A stretch of DNA of 63,194 nt, the filler included, from Phoronis australis (lineage: Eukaryota; Animalia; Phoronida), in NCBI GenBank assembly GCA_002633005.1. It is 5 parts of 5 records of this genome, joined end to end, with 100 filler letters (N's around TTAATTAATTAA, not from the genome) between each part and the next. Parts side by side here need not be neighbours in the genome. Positions count along the whole stretch, not along the records: positions 61,007 to 63,194 come from NMRA01003803.1; 4 more parts are not named here. One strand, 5' to 3'. Made by a program: the position numbers and the translations under genes. Shown here piece by piece: positions 62,191 through 63,194 of the stretch. A model generated the notes under the pieces. It saw only the letters and a list, made by a program, of their open reading frames with translations, was not told the origin of the DNA and ran no database searches. The number at the start of each line of letters is the position of its first letter. Within the stretch, counting starts at the first letter, position 1.

Positions 62191-62698
62191 CAGGGCTTGG
62201 AATTTTCCGCGGAAACGCGGATTTCCACTTTTTTCAAATGTTCTGTCCTCGTATTTTATTATATTTCCACGTAAAAAAAATCAAATTTGATATAAAATTT
62301 CCGCTGCAAATTCCCGTCTTACCGCGGCGTTGCAGACGACGTTCACCTTGAAAAGCGGAAGTTGCTCTTTATGTTTCGGAGGAACGTAAATTGTCAACAT
62401 TGCCGGGGCATCTGGGATAGCGTGGTGGGATTTTCAATGGCACCTCGTGTTATTGTAAACCGCGGCGACAAATACTACTGCTCTGCAGCCGAAAAATGTG
62501 GGTTGGGAGTGGACGGACGAGCTAAAAAGACGCAGACGCATGCTACTGATGGTGGTAACGTTTTTTTTTTTAGNTCCTCCCGATTTTTGTCGGGGAAAGG
62601 TTCACATTAACCAATTCAAGGCTGGATATCGGGCATGATTTGGGCCGTAAAAGTTTCAAAGTTTCCGCATTTTTTGTCATTGGTCATTCCAAGCCCTG
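62191..62698. mobile_element. hAT-like non-autonomous element
   Basis: TIR cagggcttggaat / attccaagccctg; ttccgc subterminal repeats; no 8-bp TSD found. Confidence 0.5.
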
Positions 62699-62780
62699 GT
62701 TGGTATCAAAATAACCTTTTGATGGCAGAGGCATTTTTGAGTGATTGCAATCATTCTGACTATCATTTGACATATTTCAG

Positions 62781-62816
62781 ATGGAGTCTGAGGAAGAGAA
62801 AAAATCTGAGTCCGAG
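62781..62816 (+). CDS. Small exon of an acidic/Lys-rich protein
   Basis: atttcag acceptor, gtattt donor; MESEEEKKSESE. Confidence 0.55.
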
Positions 62817-63127
62817 GTATTTACACTTTTTTGTTTCTTTTCACTTTGTTGGTGTTGCGCTGTTAATTTTCAAGCACATTTCCTTGAAACATGGCAGCTT
62901 ACAAGCACATTAATGTATACATTTCCCCCACGTATAATGTGTGTGCATGTGTGTATTAGGATTATGCAACAGGATTCTTCCCAACTTAATCTGCCTATTT
63001 ATGAGAGGCGAAGGTTGGGCACTAGTTCGGTTTCTGTTCTGTAGGTTTTTGCAGTCTGATCTCTCCTTCATTACATATCTGGCTGTCATTATGTGCTTGT
63101 ATTTAAATAATGTTAATGTTATGACAG

Positions 63128-63194
63128 GCATCAGCATCTGAAGATGACAAGCCTCTAAAGAAGAAGGAGAAACCAAAGGGAAAGAAAGCAGGGA
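63128..63194 (+). CDS. Next exon of the same charged protein, runs off the window
   Basis: gacag acceptor, in frame with the previous exon; ASASEDDKPLKKKEKPKGKKAG. Confidence 0.55.

Overview
This is AT-rich, intron- and transposon-dense animal genomic DNA, probably from a marine invertebrate (inferred), taken from a gapped draft assembly. The main gene is on the + strand: 17 phase-consistent exons (8375-29941, about 927 codons) encode a single-pass receptor. It has three Tie1/Tie2-type EGF modules, six FN3 domains, a receptor-PTP (R2A/R2B-like) juxtamembrane domain with an RTRR furin site, a TM helix and the start of a cytoplasmic tail. Neither its N-terminus nor a catalytic domain is visible. 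Further downstream are an isolated intact kringle exon (57444-57689) and two small exons of a charged protein at the window end. The rest is mostly mobile DNA: a deleted Gypsy element with ~80-bp LTRs, BEL/Pao, L1/Tx1, CR1/L2 and DIRS remnants, a tRNA-derived SINE and Helitron-like tandem units. Two unrelated families of TTAA-flanked Kolobok-type elements carry convergent THAP-transposase and KolX (P2X7-ballast-like) gene remnants. A nested transposon cluster at 42.2-50.1 kb contains a 2-kb palindrome in which a MITE sits at the same site in both arms but in opposite orientation. Several tandem duplications at single Ns, and the TTAATTAATTAA motifs in N-runs, are probably assembly artefacts. 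All calls are by eye; no searches were run.
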